Made by a program: the position numbers and the translations under genes
From: Perna viridis
Lineage: Eukaryota
DNA: 64,000 nucleotides
NCBI GenBank assembly: GCA_037379345.1
Contig: CM074516.1
Coordinates: 31,161,626-31,225,625 of the forward strand
Direction of reading: 5' to 3'
Shown: piece after piece, positions 25,876 through 38,100 of the stretch
Layout of the letters: each line of letters opens with the position of its first letter
How positions within the stretch are numbered: the stretch's first letter is position 1
Notes under the pieces: generated by a model
What the model was told of the DNA's origin: nothing
The model's input: only the letters and a program-made list of their open reading frames with translations
Database searches by the model: none

Positions 25876-27368
25876 AGTTACAGCGAAAGAGTTGCCCCTA
25901 TATACTCAAGTAACATAAAAAATAAACTAAAGGTGAAAACGAAACAAGACATACAAATGTCCATTTTATAATTACTGTTGTAAATATGTAATTATTGCAG
26001 GACCATATTGCATATCAAATGGATTACGAAATAGGCAATCAGTGACCAGGGAAATGAATATGTCGATTGAAAAGTACGAGATTATATTAATCTGGAAGAA
26101 AAAGAACTATGCATGAATTTCCTCATCTTATCAAATTCAAGCACAGTTAGGAAGTCCATGAAAGTTTGATTTGATTTTTTTTTAATTTCCAAACAAATGA
26201 GCGGAAGGGGTGTGTCTACAAATAAAACGAAAAAGTTAGCGTTTGGAATTTATATGCATGCAGTTTACGTGCCTGAGATTAGTGTTGAGGGAAACCCTTG
26301 TAACATTTGCTGTCAAGATGCCAATCATGATATTTGTGATGAATAGCACTTGAAACTTGCCACAAAGCAATCCTCTATTCACTCACATGAAAAATGTCAA
26401 ATAGCACCTTCATTTTCTTTTACTGTTCAAATTAATTTAATCATTTACCCCAAGTTCGTTGTTACACCAAAAATGTAAAGAAGGGAAAAATTACTTCCGT
26501 TATTATTTCATTTTTTTTATCCACTATGACATACTTTTTGTACATGTACACATAGTATGACTCTACAGTTCTGGTTACGTAATGAACATGGTTGTAAGTG
26601 TGATAAATTATATAGTACACTTGCAATAGTGTATGTCGATCCTTTATACATTTCTATAACATATTTATTCTGACTTTGTAGGAGCGAATGATAATGAAGG
26701 AAATTGATTTTGCATGATGCTGCCCCTTCTAGATTTGAAGCACAGCTATCTATATTGTACGCATTTCTGTAATTAACATACTAGGTTAACCCTTATTTTC
26801 TATTTTTGAGAAGAAAATACGGGGGGGGGCAGTGTAATCCATCCCTGTAGTAAACCCTCAAATATTTTGAGGATTTTAATTCCATATGAAGTTACAGCGA
26901 AAGAGTTGCCCCTATATACTCAAGTAACATAAAAAAATAAACTAAAGGTGAAAACGAAACAAGACATACAGATGTCCATTTTATAATTACTGTTGTAAAT
27001 ATGTAATTATTGCAGGACCATATTGTAAACAAATTTTGTAACTAAAAATGTCATCCTGTTCAGATAAAGGATATTTTTTCGGAATGATAGCAAAAAGCCT
27101 GAGTAAAAATGGTTCGAAAGATATATTCATATCTCGAAAGGCAAAATATGTAGACAGTAGACAAGTAGCTTACAGAATTTTAAAAGAGAAGTTACACTCC
27201 TGACACCTTCTAGATTTGAAGCACAGCTATCTATATTGTACGCATTTCTGTAATTAACATACTAGGTTAACCCTTATTTTCTATTTTTGAGAACAAAATA
27301 CTGGGGGGATGCAGTGTAATCTAACCCTGTAGTAAACCCTCAAATATTTTGAGGATTTTAATTCCATA
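25876..27368 (+). repeat. Interleaved near-identical local duplications (X..YX..Y)
   Basis: X = 25876-26010 and 26890-27025. Y = 26725-26887 and 27206-27368. Confidence 0.9.
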
Positions 27369-27916
27369 GGAAGAACTCTTAGACCCCACTGATTACCACT
27401 AGTGGTAAAAATGTAAGTTTATATATATATTTTTTTGCTAATTTTCTCCTTTGTATATTGTAATAGATATAACCACCGAACAAGGAAGCAAAGCCTAACA
27501 TATGTACATAGTCAACAAATACAGTCACTGATTTTTCTATCTGCAATATACGCAGTTCAAACTGAGGCAAGTGTCTCCATTGTTTTTTTTTTGGGTGTAG
27601 AGTATTGCTTAAAATAACTGTGGTTACCTTTTCTTTTATTCACATTTTTATTTCATTCGGTTATATTTCTAGACGATCGTTCAAGGTTTCGTTAATATTT
27701 CAAGAGCCTATGTCTAGTAATATTTCCTTCAACTTTGTTATAGAAACGTGTGATTTACAACTCTATGATAAATTAGGGCAAAACAATATAGATGGTAAAA
27801 CTTTCGTTAGGTCCTCGATTGAAAATCAATCAAGATCAAAAATATGTTTCACAAAGGAAGCTACCTGTCGACTTTCATAAGGGAATAAAGGAGACATTTA
27901 TTTTTATTTTTTCCAG

Positions 27917-28218
27917 AAAATAACGACGTGGTCACAGGAATTCATTCTAATGGATACGCATGATAAAACTGTTGAATTGCCAATCTCCTGTCCGATTTGT
28001 TTAGTCTTCAATGCGTTATATATCATAGCAACGAATAAAGCACACATCACACAATTCTTCTTTCTTTGTAAATTCTCATAACAGTAGACTTAACATATCA
28101 CATGATCTAAATATGAGTTTGTCATACTCAGAAATACTGGTTTTCGGTTTACAAACTATCAATTCAGACACAGGACAATATGATGTTACAGTGTGCAGTG
28201 ATTCAACTTATATTAAAA
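27917..28218 (+). pseudogene. PHYHIP-like copy C, orphan first FN3-like exon
   Basis: AG/GT-bounded exon KITTWSQEFILMDTHDKTVELPISCPICLVFNALYIIATNK...FGLQTINSDTGQYDVTVCS, homologous to 20461-20758. It has an internal frameshift, and no downstream exons were found. Confidence 0.75.
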
Positions 28219-28459
28219 GTAAGTAAATGTCATGAACATAAATTGTAAATACGTATTCAATATTGTGTATGCATAGTTAAAATGATTGTAAAAATATATT
28301 AACTTTAACTTGTGTCAAATGACAGGAGTGAAAAAAAATCGCATATATTTCTTACGGTGATGCCATTGCAATTTTCTACTCTGATAAAACTTAAATATTT
28401 TTGTTTTAAATCATACCTTGTCAGAGATACATAAAACTTATCATTTACTTTCTTTTGCG

Positions 28460-28906
28460 GATACTACGCAGACTTTTTGTATCGCGCTAGAATATAGAAC
28501 AAATAGGCTTCTGGAACAGGGTCATGAGATTGAAGTCATCACTACAGAAGTTTTATGGTCGTCATAATGAACTCGTGGATAGCTACGGCGTATCCATCTG
28601 CGCCATGAAAACGGATTTGTTCAACGTTTCATAGTTTTCCTTTCCTCTTTCTTTTACCCCGGACTTGGCTTGTATGAGCAACTCAGCGGGAGTTTCTAGA
28701 AAAGCAGAGAACGCTTACCCTACAAATGCACCTGGTCAATGCTCCCAGTTTTTGTGGAGTCCGAGTTGCTGATATGCTTTTGTTACTTTGTATGTATGAT
28801 TTTATTTACTTTATGTTCTTTGTTGTGTCTGTTTTCCATGTCTGGTCTTTGTCCCTGGATTACATTCGTTTGATTACCGCTATAACCTTGGTTCCTTTGA
28901 TTACTT
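28460..28906 (+). mobile_element. Naiad PLE 3' fragment (RT end plus 3' UTR)
   Basis: YADFLYRAR...[34 protein letters not shown] followed by the conserved UTR. Confidence 0.88.
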
Positions 28907-30534
28907 ATGATCAATGGATAATGTCATAATGTTACACGCGTTTTTCGTTTTTCATTGAATGATACTTTCTTCAGTATTTATTTTTAAAAATAAAGCCATT
29001 TCAGAGAAAAAAAAACAAGTTTCATGTTCAAGTAAAAATCAAATGATTGTAAAATATGTCCTTATCGTGTCAAACGAGGATGTTCTGGTAATAATTTTGG
29101 TAATATTCTTTGATGTTTTTGAGGTGTCACGAAAAAATATTTCGTCCTGCATGGAAAGAGGAAACGTTTTCCGTATGAAAAATGAAAACGGCAAACCGAT
29201 TGTAGACGCAAAGAACAAGGATTTAGATAAAGAAAAAGTGATAATTTTATTACTAAATAATGTTATTTTGCTAAATTTTATGATTATTCAGCAAATGTGC
29301 CTTAAAGACGTAATGTTTTGCTATAAAAACTCATTTACTGAGGCTTAGGTGATTGCCACAATTCCAGTTTTGGTTCAAAGTACAATAGTGACTGAAGTAA
29401 GCAGCTATGGTTTATTTAGTAATGCTCTTGTACAGTTTTGATTTCATTAATTTTCTGAATGTTGTGATTCTCAATTTTAATATAATCCATATTTTATACT
29501 TTTCAGTTGTATAAGATAAACACATCATCACATTTTTTTAGTCTTACAAGATTGTCCAGCTAGCTAAAACGACCTTTTTCCCTAATACTTTGGGTTGCTT
29601 ATAATCCTGACGTTATGTTACGCTTCCATGTGCGAATTTTGCGCGTAATGTCTATGCGTTTTGCAAATCGAAAAGAGAGGGTTAATAACGCCTCCGTTTG
29701 TCGGAATTTATAGCAATATTTAGCAAAATTTTAAAATGCCTGCACATCCCTTCTTTTAAACTTCTGGATTAGGCCCTGCCGTATCTAAAATGACCACACA
29801 ATACAAGTAAACATATTATAAGATTGTTTCTCTCACGGACACCAATCTGCTGAAAAAATGAAAATTAATGAAACTAAATCTGGTCTCTGAGAATTCATTT
29901 ACCAACTTGCAGAGGAATCTAACAAAACAAACAGTTTCAGCTATAAATATGATTTACTGAGATATTCAGAATCGTTTTTACCACAATATGGTACCTTATC
30001 TACTGCAAGCCATGCATGAAAATAGAAAGTATTCTTTTTTAAATTTATTTCTCCAACAGAATTTAGGTAATTCACTTTCTCTTCATATTCTGAATATAAA
30101 ACTATGAGAAAAAAGAACTGCAACTATGTCAAATTTACTCCAGAAATAAAGATGTTGATTGATGTGATTGGTATTTTGCCTAAAGGAAATGATACATATG
30201 AACATTACAAGCTTTAAATTCCTCCCGAGTTCAATGCATTCTCATCAATTCATACATTATTAAACCCATTGTTTCTCACAGTCAGCCAGCTTGGCTAACA
30301 TTATCCATTATAATAACGTCACAAACAAATTTCAGCCGTATTTCAAAGAAAAATCCGTACCGATTATTTCAAATTCCTATACTTCACATATTACATCAAA
30401 CATTCTCAACTATTAAAAAGGTATTGCAGCACCTCAAGATTGAGGACTTCAAGGCTGTGTTTACATCAATGATTCAAACCAACAATCCCTCATAGAGTGT
30501 GTAGAATTAAAGAACCAAAATTATCCCTTTTTAG

Positions 30535-33500
30535 ACAGCAACATGGTCATGGGCGTTTACTCTGAAGGATTCACATGATAAAATTGTACCTCTTAGTATT
30601 ACCTGTCCGATCAACGTGGTTTTTAATGTATTGTATATCCTTGTCATCAATGAATAAGACCCATCAACTAATATATTTGTTAATAAGGGATCACAAAAGT
30701 GGGACAACTATATCGGTTCATCTAAACATGGACTTTGTTGGTTTGGAAAGTTAAGGTTTTCGGGCTTCAGACTATCAACTCGGTTACAGGGGAGTTTGAT
30801 ATAGCATTATGCAGTGGTACTACAGATATAACCTGTGAGTTTTAACATAAAGAATAGATACTTGTAAAAACAAACTTTTGTTAGATGTTACAAACATTAT
30901 AATGCTGAGTTAGTTAGCAGAAGAGAGCAATATTACTGTTAATGTACATGTAATACCCTATATGTATCATTTATATACTGTTTAAGTTTTTTCTTTGATG
31001 TCATTTTCAACAGAAAGTTTGGATGAACAATTGAAATTAATTGGTTTATTATTCAAAGACACTCCGGAAATTGACTAAACATTTCTAAAAATTCTTTATA
31101 AGAACTTTTACACTTTTATCAATTTCATTTATAAGGAAATAAAGTTTAGAGACTGAAAACATACAGAAGCAACAACTCGAAGAAAAGTATGTCACTACAA
31201 ATAGACAAATTAATTTCGCTCCATGACAGCCCAGGATCACTATCCGAAACGTTGCATGCTTGCCAGAAAAACCCTGACTACCAATTTGAAGAAGTTTTTG
31301 TATGACCCGTTGATCAGATCACGATTCTCCAGCAGTCGAAGTAACCATCTCCCACCCAGACGGTTAAAATGTTATATAATCAAGTATCAAAATAAAGAGT
31401 TTATGGTACATAAGACTTACTTTTCAAAAGGTAGTAATCCTTTGATTCTTGAAAAAATGGATAATTTCCCGTTTTAAACAAATATCCAATAATGCCTTTA
31501 TGTAAATCATGTTACAGTATCAGAATCAGTTAGTTGTGATGTCTATTACATAAACATGGCTTCAATTAGTGAAGTGGGTTTACAATTACACGTTCCTACT
31601 GAGGTATAGTATAAATAATTAGCATTGTGGTGCTATGCAAATATATTCTTATTTCAATCTGATGTAGAAAATGAACCGTGTTTCACAGAAAGTGTGTGAT
31701 TTAAACTTTATGAGAGTTATATATGTAGTAAAAAAAAGTTTTTGTTAGGAAAACCGATACTACATACCAGCGTTTTCTGTCAAATGCCTTATCTTTATAT
31801 ATTGGATATTAACCGTATTTTTTCTCAAGAGAGGGATTTCATAGTTTTTGCAAATTTCAAGAGGCAGTTAAGATGTTAAACTATTCAACGTCAACGATTT
31901 TCTGGATTCCCATTTCCATTTGAAATGCCTTCTACAACAACCGTGATTTGTAAGGTCATCTGTGCATGTCGGCATCAGATTGAAGTTGGCAGTTTCATGT
32001 GTCTCGCCACCATTTCTCACAGTCAGACAGTCACGTTTAAAAGTTGTAAGTATAATATATAAATATGAAATTATTCCCATGCGAAAAATCAGCTACGGTG
32101 GTATAATGTTCCACCTTTTTAAGCAGTCCTGTTTTTATATTAATATGGTAAGAAGGCATACGAACAATTGTGATGCATCGATTAAAAACAATGATATAAA
32201 TCAGCACATGAAAAAAGTCAGGATCATTGCGGTGGTTTCCGCCTTGTTATTGCTGTTTTATACAGACCTTTCTCTTTTAGCTATTCCTTTTGTTTATCAG
32301 TTACTATTACCCTTTATTTGCATGAAAAAGTTTCCGCTTTGTATGTCATAGTTTTAATTGTGAAATGTTATACATCTCAATTTTTTTTAAAGTATCATGC
32401 TTATACTTTGAAGCACTGCATACATATTATATCTTGTCAATGATATGTTGTTTAAAACTCTTCTCACAGCATATCAAAAAGATAACAATTTATATTTAAG
32501 TAGACCTTTAAGTACTGATATTAGGTGCATTAGTGTCTTGCGATATTAGAGTGTTTGAGAGATGGACCTTTATTTTATAAGTGTTGAAAATTGATATCTT
32601 TTTTTTAATTCTATCCCATATCATTCATTTCCTCTTAAGAATGTTCGCTGGTCATGTTCAGACATTTTTGTCAGATTTTCAGACTCCTCTGGTTTAATCC
32701 ATTGCACAACATTCATATTTTGCCCAGTGACCCCACCCTTCCTTTAATAATTGCATATAACACACCTTAATATGTTACTTCGGAAGTTTTCATAAAATCC
32801 TTGTCATGTCTTCAGTGATTTTAATAGTTTGAACTAACTTTGACAAAGCATATGACACTTCTAGAGAAATTTGTTTATCTGCCACAGTTTTAAATGTTGG
32901 TATTTCAAAAACGAGCACACTGCCAATATATTTTTTCTTATATTATTCTAACAAGAGAGATATTTCATCACCTTTTCATCACCCTTTGAAATCCTCGTTA
33001 GACCAACGAAAACTCCTAACATTTGCTTCTTTTAAGGCGAATTATTATTGCTTTGTGCGTTCAAATGTCATAACTCTCTCTATATTTTTTTCAGTCCTCA
33101 GCCTATTAGATACATGCAGACTTTATAACCTAGGAATTTGGATCTTCGATCACAGTAAACCTAAAGCCTATTTATTTTTTCTATAGAAACAAGTATGTTG
33201 AATATTTCGACGTTATACTGAATCATCTAGGTGGTGAAATGCGGTCGTATTTAAAGAGTAACAGCGGAAAACAGAGCTCACTTCGGAACGGACGACTTCC
33301 AGTGTTGTTTTTCAGTACATATCTTGATTCGAATACGAACTTGCCAAACCCCTGTTTGTTCTATGGACCAATTAGGTTGTATGCCCAAGCTCTTGTTATG
33401 TTAAATCTTCAATGTAATCTTTATTTTGCCGATTTCTACTGCCATTACAAACGACACCACGTGTCAATCGTATTAACTCCAAAGTTGTCTCTTTCTATTC

Positions 33501-33761
33501 CCTTTTGTCGGCAGTATTTGACTGAACTGAATATTTTCAATAATCCTTATTTAAGCTTACATGAAACTCCACAAGGTGTATTTTCTGTCATGGCCAACAT
33601 GGACGTCACAACATAAATTTTCTCTACAGAAACTATTAATGTTTTAAGTATACTAGCATTGAAAGCAGGAAACAGAGAGATCAACAACCATTGGACGAGG
33701 ATTTGTTCCACCCACAGGAATTCCTAAAAACACTGCATGCACAGTTTGTAATTTAAAATAG
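30535..33761 (+). pseudogene. PHYHIP-like copy D, pseudogene duplicate of copy B
   Basis: Exons and introns are colinear with 20461-23968. There is a premature TAA in the first FN3-like exon, a deletion of the acceptor of the second module near 31765, indels in the last exon, and TAA at 33614-33616. Confidence 0.85.
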
Positions 33762-34723
33762 TGTTATAAATGACTGAAAAAACTTCAAATGACTAATTCC
33801 TTAAATACATTTTGATCGCAAATTGTATTAATCTTTACTTAGAATTACAGTATGTTCTTTGTAAATAGCTACCCACCCTTCAGCCTAAGTTCATGCTCTG
33901 TTTTAGTAGGTCTTGTTGCTGGTATTTCATTTCTTTTTGTGTTATATGTGTCTTCTATATCCTCTATTTTCTGCTTAATGCTCACAGCTTCGTTTAAATC
34001 CATGAGTTCCCATCCGTTTGACAATTCATTTTTCTCCTTTTCAATTTAACATTGCTAAACTTCGTAGTGCTAATTCTTCTTTCATTATACGGCGTTTTTA
34101 AGGAAACGTTTTTTATTTAATAAAAACCCTTGATGATTTGTGGAAAGGGGCAGAACTTAAGAACTTGTAAATTTAATAGGGCTTTGTTTTAAAGAATGAC
34201 ATAAATATGTGCAGTAATCTCCTGAATCAAACCCAAAGAGAAATATTTGTGTTTGTCATTTAAATTTATAAAACGAAAAGCCCAATGAATTCACAAAAAT
34301 ATTCTGAGTAAAACAGGAAGCGGAGTCAATCCATACACACAATGACGACTACAGAACAAAATACAATAACATACAAAAGCTGAAAATAAAGAACACAAGA
34401 AATTAAGTCTTCAAATATTACCTACCATAAAAAAAATTGGGAATGACATCAGGTGCTCCTCCGGAAGGGTTAAAATGTTCTGCTTCATCGGCGCATCTTG
34501 TAAGTTAGTAAAACAAATTAACGTCAAGTTTGGTAGATTATCGAACATGGAATCAAATTCAAGATATATTATAACGAGAATAACACCCCCACCGGGATGA
34601 AAAATGTCAGTTCAGGCCACTGTTTTCATCTATGTGGTGTTAATTGAGATGACGACTACAAATCTTCAGTGACTATTAATATCAATAAAAGCTGAGAATA
34701 CTATTGTCTTAAAAGCTTATTTG

Positions 34724-35447
34724 AGCCAGCACTCCACAGTTTAGTTTAGTTTCGCACTTTTGGCTAGGGATGAAAAATGACATAAATGGAAACCGGTGGT
34801 TGCTATAGTGATTAAAAATGAAGAATTTATTGTAGATAAAACATTTTCTGAAAAAAGGGGACTTTTAAAGGTATTTTGCAATGTTTTATATATTTTCAAT
34901 GTTGAAGGGGCTTTTTTCAATGACAATTTGACTTCATTGTGAAAGTGAAAGTAAGTCAATTTTTTACCATGCTAAATTTAATAAGTGGATTAAAAGTGAA
35001 ATAGCTCAAAATCTAACCGGCGATGCCCATAGGAGGAAGAGGTTTTTGAAGTGAAAAGTTTGAACAGTTTCAGGGATTGAAATAAAAATTTCAGATATTT
35101 TGCGGGAAATTTGATATTTTTAAACCTGATTTTATGAACTTTTTTGCAAATTTTCGCATATTTTTGCATGGTTTCTATGGTAACCCTATATGCTGTGGGT
35201 AATTTTTTTCTGTAGGATCTAAAACAGTATTCTCGCATATTTTTGCATGGTTTCTATAGTAACCCTATATGCTGTGGGTAATTTTTTTCCAGAAAATTTT
35301 TACTGCATCCTGAAGGCCTTGGCTTGAGCTATTTCTAGATATATAGATTTACAGATGCGTCACAATTTGTTAAAGTGATAAATGTTACAAAGCATCAGAT
35401 TACAAGACCAAAATTAGGCAGTTCTACAATACTGTGGAGTGCTGGCT
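34724..35447. mobile_element. MITE with perfect 17-bp TIRs
   Basis: agccagcactccacagt / actgtggagtgctggct, with a possible 3-bp TSD tga. Internal 54-bp direct repeat (35156-35209 and 35234-35288). Confidence 0.75.
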
Positions 35448-35979
35448 GAGAGTATTCTCGCACTACTAAGAATAAAAGTAACGGAACAACTGTGAAATGT
35501 ATACTTCACATTTGACGTCAAGTTTCGATTTCAAATATTCTCTGTCATATGTGTATAGGCTAAGAACATTTGCATCATGTCATGCATGGTGGGATATTTG
35601 TGTCAATTCAAAATTTAAAGGCTGTTGTTGATAGTCAGCAACACACTGTGCTAAGGTCACTTTGAGTTTTTCCGTTTTGGACAGCAATACGGGGCTATAT
35701 TACCATCATGTCATATTCAAAGAGTGCAGACAATGATATTGCCGGGAGTATGCTCATTTAAACCATTTTTAACCAGGAAGTATACAAAACCTACAATCGC
35801 GGTAGAAATAGGTTTGTTTATCGAATAGACATTACAAACAATATCAAATTGATTTATTGACTTTTAGTACTTTATTTGATGCATGTTCATTAAGTGTAAT
35901 GCTCTCGTATGCAATGCAAGTGAGGCATTCTAAAGGTCTGTAGGATCTAAAACAGTATTCTCGAAGTTTTGGAGCTTTC

Positions 35980-36582
35980 TTCGATGGTAAAGAAAAACTA
36001 TTGACCAAACTTTACGACAAACGTGATGACTTTTCATTCAGAATTGTCAACTTTCCTTTCATCTGTGGCAACATCCCTTCGGCACCTGCGCATGGAGTGT
36101 TCATATCACAACTCATACGTTATGCAAGAACTTGCCAAAACTACGTAGACTTTTTGTATCACGTTAGAACTCTAACAAATAGGCTTGTGGGACAAGATTG
36201 AAGTCATCACTACAGAAGTTTTAAGGTCGTCATCATGAACTCGTGGATCGTTATGATGTATCCATCTGCACCATGAAAACTGATTTATTCAACGGGTCAT
36301 AGTTTTTCTTTCCTCGTTTGTCTACCCCGGACTTGACTTTTTATGAGCAACTCGGCGGGTGTTTCTAGAAAAGCAGAGGACGCTTTCCCTACCGATGCAC
36401 CTGGTCCATGCTCCCAGTTTTTAGTGGAGTCCGAGTTGTTCATTTACTTTTGTTACTTTGTATGTATGATTTTAGTTACTTTATGTTCTTTGTTGTGTAT
36501 GTCTGTTTATCATGTCTGGTCTTTGTCCCTGGATTACATTCTTTTGATTACCGCTATAACCTTGGTTCCCTTGATTACTCTT
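35980..36582 (+). mobile_element. Naiad PLE 3' fragment (young)
   Basis: [42 protein letters not shown] plus the complete 3' UTR. Very similar to 8087-8710. Confidence 0.9.
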
Positions 36583-38100
36583 TCGAATTATTTTAGGAGG
36601 ACGCAAAGCTACGTCCCATCTAACTCTTTTTCCAGCGCAGTCGGTATAGTTTCGCTTTTTACATTTTGACCATAAAGATGTTTTTTTCATGGAAACGCAA
36701 ATCACCTGATCGCAATTTTGTTTCCGGATTAGCCAAATACTGATAACTTAGTGGGATTCGAACAAAATGCATTGAAAATTGACATTGCGTGCCATGTGTT
36801 ATCTCCTGAATAAAATGTAGACAAATATAAGTAAAAAGAACAAACTTTATTGCGTCGGCTATTTTTTGTTTTAAGATAGTACTAGTTTTTACTTGTGATT
36901 GGAGTCATTTTGCGATCTTCACTTTCAAGGTTATGCGAGTTCTTAGACGAAATTAATTTGGCGTGGTGTCAACATTCTATCCTAATGTTATGGTGGTTTC
37001 ACATGATTTAGATGTTTCACGGTTATACGACTATAACTATCAAAAGGACAGTTGATCCGTTGACGAAAAAAATAACAAATATTTCTTTGCAAACAATTAA
37101 CCTAATGAAACCGGGATGTTAAGTGGTATAAACCTGGTTTTAATTGACAATATCCATCGGAAATGTCCGTGTTCCAGTTGTTGCCTTGATATTGCCATTT
37201 GTTGTTTTGACTTTCCTTCTTTTGACCACATCTTTTGACTATTGCTCAGAATTGTCTTCCAGGTCGGTAATGTTGGTCTTACCATTTATTTTGTAATTTG
37301 ATAAGTGGTTTACTGGTCATTCTCAATATGCATTTGTTCATTTTTATTAGTGTTTTTGTTTTGGGTAACAATGATTCGAACGATATATTTTTATCTCGAA
37401 AGACAAAGTCTGTAAGACAGGAGACAAGTAGCATACAGCCCCAGAAGGAATTGAAAAAATAAATTACATTCCTGACATCATCTTAGCCACAGGTTGATGT
37501 GCCTGGTGCACCGGTAGGGTAAAAATGCCTTAACACATCCGTCAGATTCCATTGAGTACCGGTTGTTTTTCAGTCTCCGTTTTGCTTTGCTTTGTCTTAT
37601 AGATTCTGGTCTAGAGTTTTGTTCAAAATAACTGTGGTTTCCTTTTCTTTCACTTTAAATTGAGTTCATTTTTATATTTCATTCGGTTAAATCTCTAGAC
37701 GGTCGTTCCAGGTTTGGTTAATATTTCAAGAGAATTTGTCTTGTGATATTTTCTTCAACTTTGTTACAGAAACGTATGATTTACAACTCTAGGATAATCT
37801 AGGGAAAACTATATACAAATCTCCTGTCCGATTTGTTTAGTCTTAAATGCGTTATATATCATAGCAACGAATAAAGCACACAGTTCTGCCATGCACATCT
37901 TTATAAATTCCCATAACAGTAGACTTAACATATCACTTGGTCTAAATATGAGTTTGTCATACTCAGAAATACTGGTTTTCGGTTTACAAACTATCAATTC
38001 AGACACAGGACAATATGATGTCGCAGTGTGTAGTGGTTCCACTTATATTAAAAGTAAATAAATTAAGTAAATGTCATAAACATAAATTGTAAACACCTAT

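Noticed and set aside
28959-29348. 129-aa ORF and other short AT-rich ORFs in the track
   Set aside because: No recognisable motifs or splice context. The composition is what random AT-rich sequence or antisense TE frames produce.
36343-36669. Recurrent hydrophobic ORF MSNSAGVSRKAEDA... (also at 4488, 28726 and 60810) as a small membrane protein
   Set aside because: It is the T-rich Naiad 3' UTR. Recurrence reflects repeat copies, overlapping frames are equally open, and the ORF has no stop of its own inside the element.
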